Part shown: positions 61,520 through 64,000 of the stretch, piece after piece
How positions within the stretch are numbered: position 1 is the stretch's first letter
Layout of the letters: each line of letters begins with the position of its first letter
From: Halobacteriovoraceae bacterium
Lineage (GTDB): Bacteria; Bdellovibrionota; Bacteriovoracia; Bacteriovoracales; Bacteriovoracaceae
Direction: 5' to 3'
Length of the DNA stretch: 64,000 bases
Assembly (NCBI GenBank): GCA_963719505.1
Contig: CAVRCF010000002.1
Coordinates: 192,001 to 256,000 of the forward strand
The notes under the pieces: generated by a model
Told to the model about the DNA's origin: nothing
Seen by the model: only the letters and a program-made list of their open reading frames with translations
Databases searched by the model: none
Made by a program: the position numbers and the translations under genes

Positions 61520-62357
61520 GTGAACATTCTATTCATAATACTTACTTTTTTTTCTTTCTTTGCAATCGGCGAAGAAGGGAGCAAGTTGCACTGCAACGTG
61601 GCTTTGAGGTTCGAAGGAAAAACATTTTCAAGGTTTCCCCATATTTGGACCTCTAGCAAGTCAGATAAGATTAAATATAAAGCAACTTTGTCCTCAGCTT
61701 CTGGCGATGAAGTTGAGAATTGCTCTTTAAATCTTCAAACTAATATCGATGAAAAGATTATAGTAAATGAAACCTACTCATGTGGTGGTGAATTTGAGAA
61801 CGAAAAGTTTTTTAGTTTCGGCTATGGTTCTAGTTACAAAGACATTCCTAGTTTTGGAGGGGAAATTTTTTGTCTTTATTCTTCAAGCCAAATAGAAAGT
61901 CCTTCTGAGATAATCAAGTTAACAAGTAAAAGATTATCTGACCTTGCAAAATCTAGCCTTGAAAACATTGAAGTAACCAAACAACTCGAACATACTGTAT
62001 CATCGAAGAAACTTTTCAATATCAAAGACTGTGAATTACTTCAATCCGGAAGAAAGAATAAAAGACAAGTTTGAAAAGCGAATTATTAATCATAGTGGAT
62101 TTGTGTATAGTCCAGGTCAAGTTGTGCATCAGGCAGAAGGGTTGTATGAGTTTCGCAGTGAAGCTGAGATTATTCACTCCTTTCCTCTGGGAGAGGGAAG
62201 GAATAGATATGGGTTAAGCAGTGAGAGATTTATAAACTGTAGCTTGAATAAACCTTCGTCTATGAAAAGTGAATTTATTTTTCCTTCTAAGGATGGGGCA
62301 GATGAAGTTCGCATAAATTCTGATTACATCTGTAGGGTAGATATTAAAAAGAAGTAA
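61520..62357 (+). CDS. Hypothetical secreted protein; probable frameshift near 62050
   Basis: AGGAG RBS, signal peptide; overlapping ORFs 61520-62074 and 62031-62357. Confidence 0.55.
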
Positions 62358-62556
62358 CATAAACTTTTATTTAACTCTAAAAAAGAACTTGTAACTATCG
62401 GGAAGGGGGCACTATCATTCAAGTGGACTAAACCCTTGAATCGGTTTATGGTTGGTTTGTTACACTTAGGTTTTATTTTCTTAAAGTGAAAAGAAGATTG
62501 GTGGCTATTTTGGCTACACTTGGTACGGTAACCTTAATAATATTATAGGGTTGCAA

Positions 62557-62711
62557 CGATACCGGCACCTCCACCACCGTCAAAGTGCTTGATATTATTG
62601 ACTTTTTAGTCAGTTTTATGTGGCTACTTTGCGGTAAGCGGTTATGTCCCAGATAATTTATGGACTATTGTCCGTAGTTTTTTTCCTTAATTTAAATTAA
62701 CTATTTATTTC
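62557..62711 (+). repeat. att-scar repeat copy B, beginning with an ssrA 3'-end duplicate
   Basis: CGATACCGGCACCTCCACCAC versus ssrA CGATTCCGACCACCTCCACCAC; 12-bp exact match CACCTCCACCAC (62566-62577 = 910-921). Confidence 0.78.
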
Positions 62712-62776
62712 TAATTTTATTGTGGGTGTATCGTATAATAAAAATATGGAACAAATATAATGGTCTTTAACTATCA

Positions 62777-63313
62777 ATGAACTCCTCAGAGTTTAAGCCA
62801 CGAACCTTCAAAGCTAAAAATCAAAGACTCTTCAGAGTCTTTTTTAGCACATGTTTGCTTTGCCTAATGTTAACTATGGCAATCAATATGGAGGCAATAG
62901 CTGAAGGAGAGAATGGAAGCTATCTAAAATTCGGACTCGTTGTGGTTGTCTTATCAGCAGTATTTCTTTTTTATGTCGAGAGACTCTCAACGACTTTAAT
63001 TTTTCGCATCCAAAGAAGAAGGCTAAAGTTTGAAATAATTGATCTTTCCAAAAGGTTTCATCCTAAAAAGAAAGGTACTTTATTGTTAGAAGATATCATT
63101 GGTTTGGATTATGAGGATGATGAAATTTTTATTGAAACGAATCGGAAAGTTTATCGATTCAATACCCTCGGGCTTCGAGAACTGGGTAGTAGCTATAAGT
63201 CTGATATTCATAGTCGCTATATATACGACTTACTGAAGGAGAGGCTAGGTGTAATTGGGAAAGTAAACCGAGATCGTATTCCTCTTGTGGATCGGCATAT
63301 ATTTAAAGGTTAG
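62777..63313 (+). CDS. Hypothetical membrane protein
   Basis: Two TM helices plus a soluble domain. Confidence 0.65.
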   Translation: MNSSEFKPRTFKAKNQRLFRVFFSTCLLCLMLTMAINMEAIAEGENGSYLKFGLVVVVLSAVFLFYVERLSTTLIFRIQRRRLKFEIIDLSKRFHPKKKGTLLLEDIIGLDYEDDEIFIETNRKVYRFNTLGLRELGSSYKSDIHSRYIYDLLKERLGVIGKVNRDRIPLVDRHIFKG

Positions 63314-63349
63314 TTCTCAACAACAGTATACATCTAAACAGGTAAGTTA

Positions 63350-63637
63350 ATGAAAGATGAAACAAAGAAGATTGAATTTATTTATAATTTGAGAAAGGTT
63401 AGATGGCTCGGTATAACTCTTTTTGTCATATTTATTAATTATTTTGAAGATTATTTTTGGATTGATTGGGGGATATTGTTGCCAGTAATAATTGTTTTAT
63501 TACTGACTTTCGAGATCGTTATAAATTATCAATCTGGAAAGTTGATGTGCCCGAAATGCGGTAAGCAATTTCACGCAGCCACTATAGCGACATTTAAGCT
63601 AGAGTGCATGAACTGTGGAAAAAAATTAGAAGATTAG
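63350..63637 (+). CDS. Small membrane protein with CxxC...CxxC zinc ribbon
   Basis: Two TM helices; CPKCG...CMNCG. Confidence 0.7.
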   Translation: MKDETKKIEFIYNLRKVRWLGITLFVIFINYFEDYFWIDWGILLPVIIVLLLTFEIVINYQSGKLMCPKCGKQFHAATIATFKLECMNCGKKLED

Positions 63638-63720
63638 CAATTAAAGGATATTAAATGTCATTTGTTAAAAAAATCACATATTCAGATTTAACTTTATTCA
63701 GCCATGCTTAGTTAATTAAA

Positions 63721-63999
63721 TTATTCCCGATCTCGATAACCAACGCCACCGTAAGTCGTATCAACCATTGATACTAATTTACTTATAAGTTTGTCTTTAA
63801 AGAAAGCAATCGGAGTTAGTAATAGTAATATTATAAAAACCGCCACTTTAAGTTTCCCTTTTATTGCGTAATTCTTTGCATCTTTAAAGTCAAACGAGCA
63901 ATCCTTTAACAAAACTCTTCCATCAGTTCTTTGATAAACCTTTAAGCAGAAACTTAGATGGTTAGGATTCGTTGAAAATAATTGTTGAACATCATCTTC
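63721..63999 (-). CDS. Hypothetical protein, 5'-partial
   Basis: The frame of ORF 63721..63912 is open to the window end. Confidence 0.55.
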   Translation of the reverse strand, partial: EDDVQQLFSTNPNHLSFCLKVYQRTDGRVLLKDCSFDFKDAKNYAIKGKLKVAVFIILLLLTPIAFFKDKLISKLVSMVDTTYGGVGYRDRE

Positions 64000-64000
64000 A

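Noticed and set aside
58933-62711. Integron attC sites
   Set aside because: No convincing RYYYAAC...GTTRRRY bottom-strand hairpin was seen, and I did not recognise the IntI-specific insertion in the integrase; ssrA att scars explain the repeats better

Overview
AT-rich bacterial window, probably from a Bdellovibrionota (Bacteriovoracaceae/Halobacteriovorax-like) genome; this is inferred from the tmRNA tag GNNEYAMAA and gene content, not from a search. It opens with the tmRNA gene (ssrA, 549-920), followed by what looks like a ~58 kb integrative conjugative element (ICE) inserted at the ssrA 3' end. The element has five parts: (i) att-arm repeats, an XRE regulator and secreted glutamine-acting enzymes (0.9-5.3 kb); (ii) a ~32 kb heavy-metal cargo with Czc-type and Cus-type RND systems, four CDF-type transporters, DtxR plus cytochrome c-FTR1, CsoR, two multicopper oxidases, HupE and DmeR-DmeF; (iii) a compact, divergent type IV secretion operon with coupling protein and MOBC-type relaxase, then a ~147-nt hairpin, ssb, excisionase and tyrosine integrase (40.5-53.3 kb); (iv) an ImmR/ImmA-like pair divergent from a nuclease, permuted-papain and lipase cluster, with four operators in between; (v) single accessory genes separated by two degenerate ~145-bp repeats that start with a copy of the tmRNA 3' end (tandem att scars). 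Notable non-coding signals: two His-rich secreted leader ORFs ending in RPPI, each followed by a hairpin over the next gene's RBS (candidate metal-sensing ribosome-arrest leaders); four CsoR-type boxes; back-to-back ECF-type promoters with no sigma gene in the window; and a 31-bp exact direct repeat 57 kb apart. At least eleven genes are split by frameshifts, most likely long-read indel errors.
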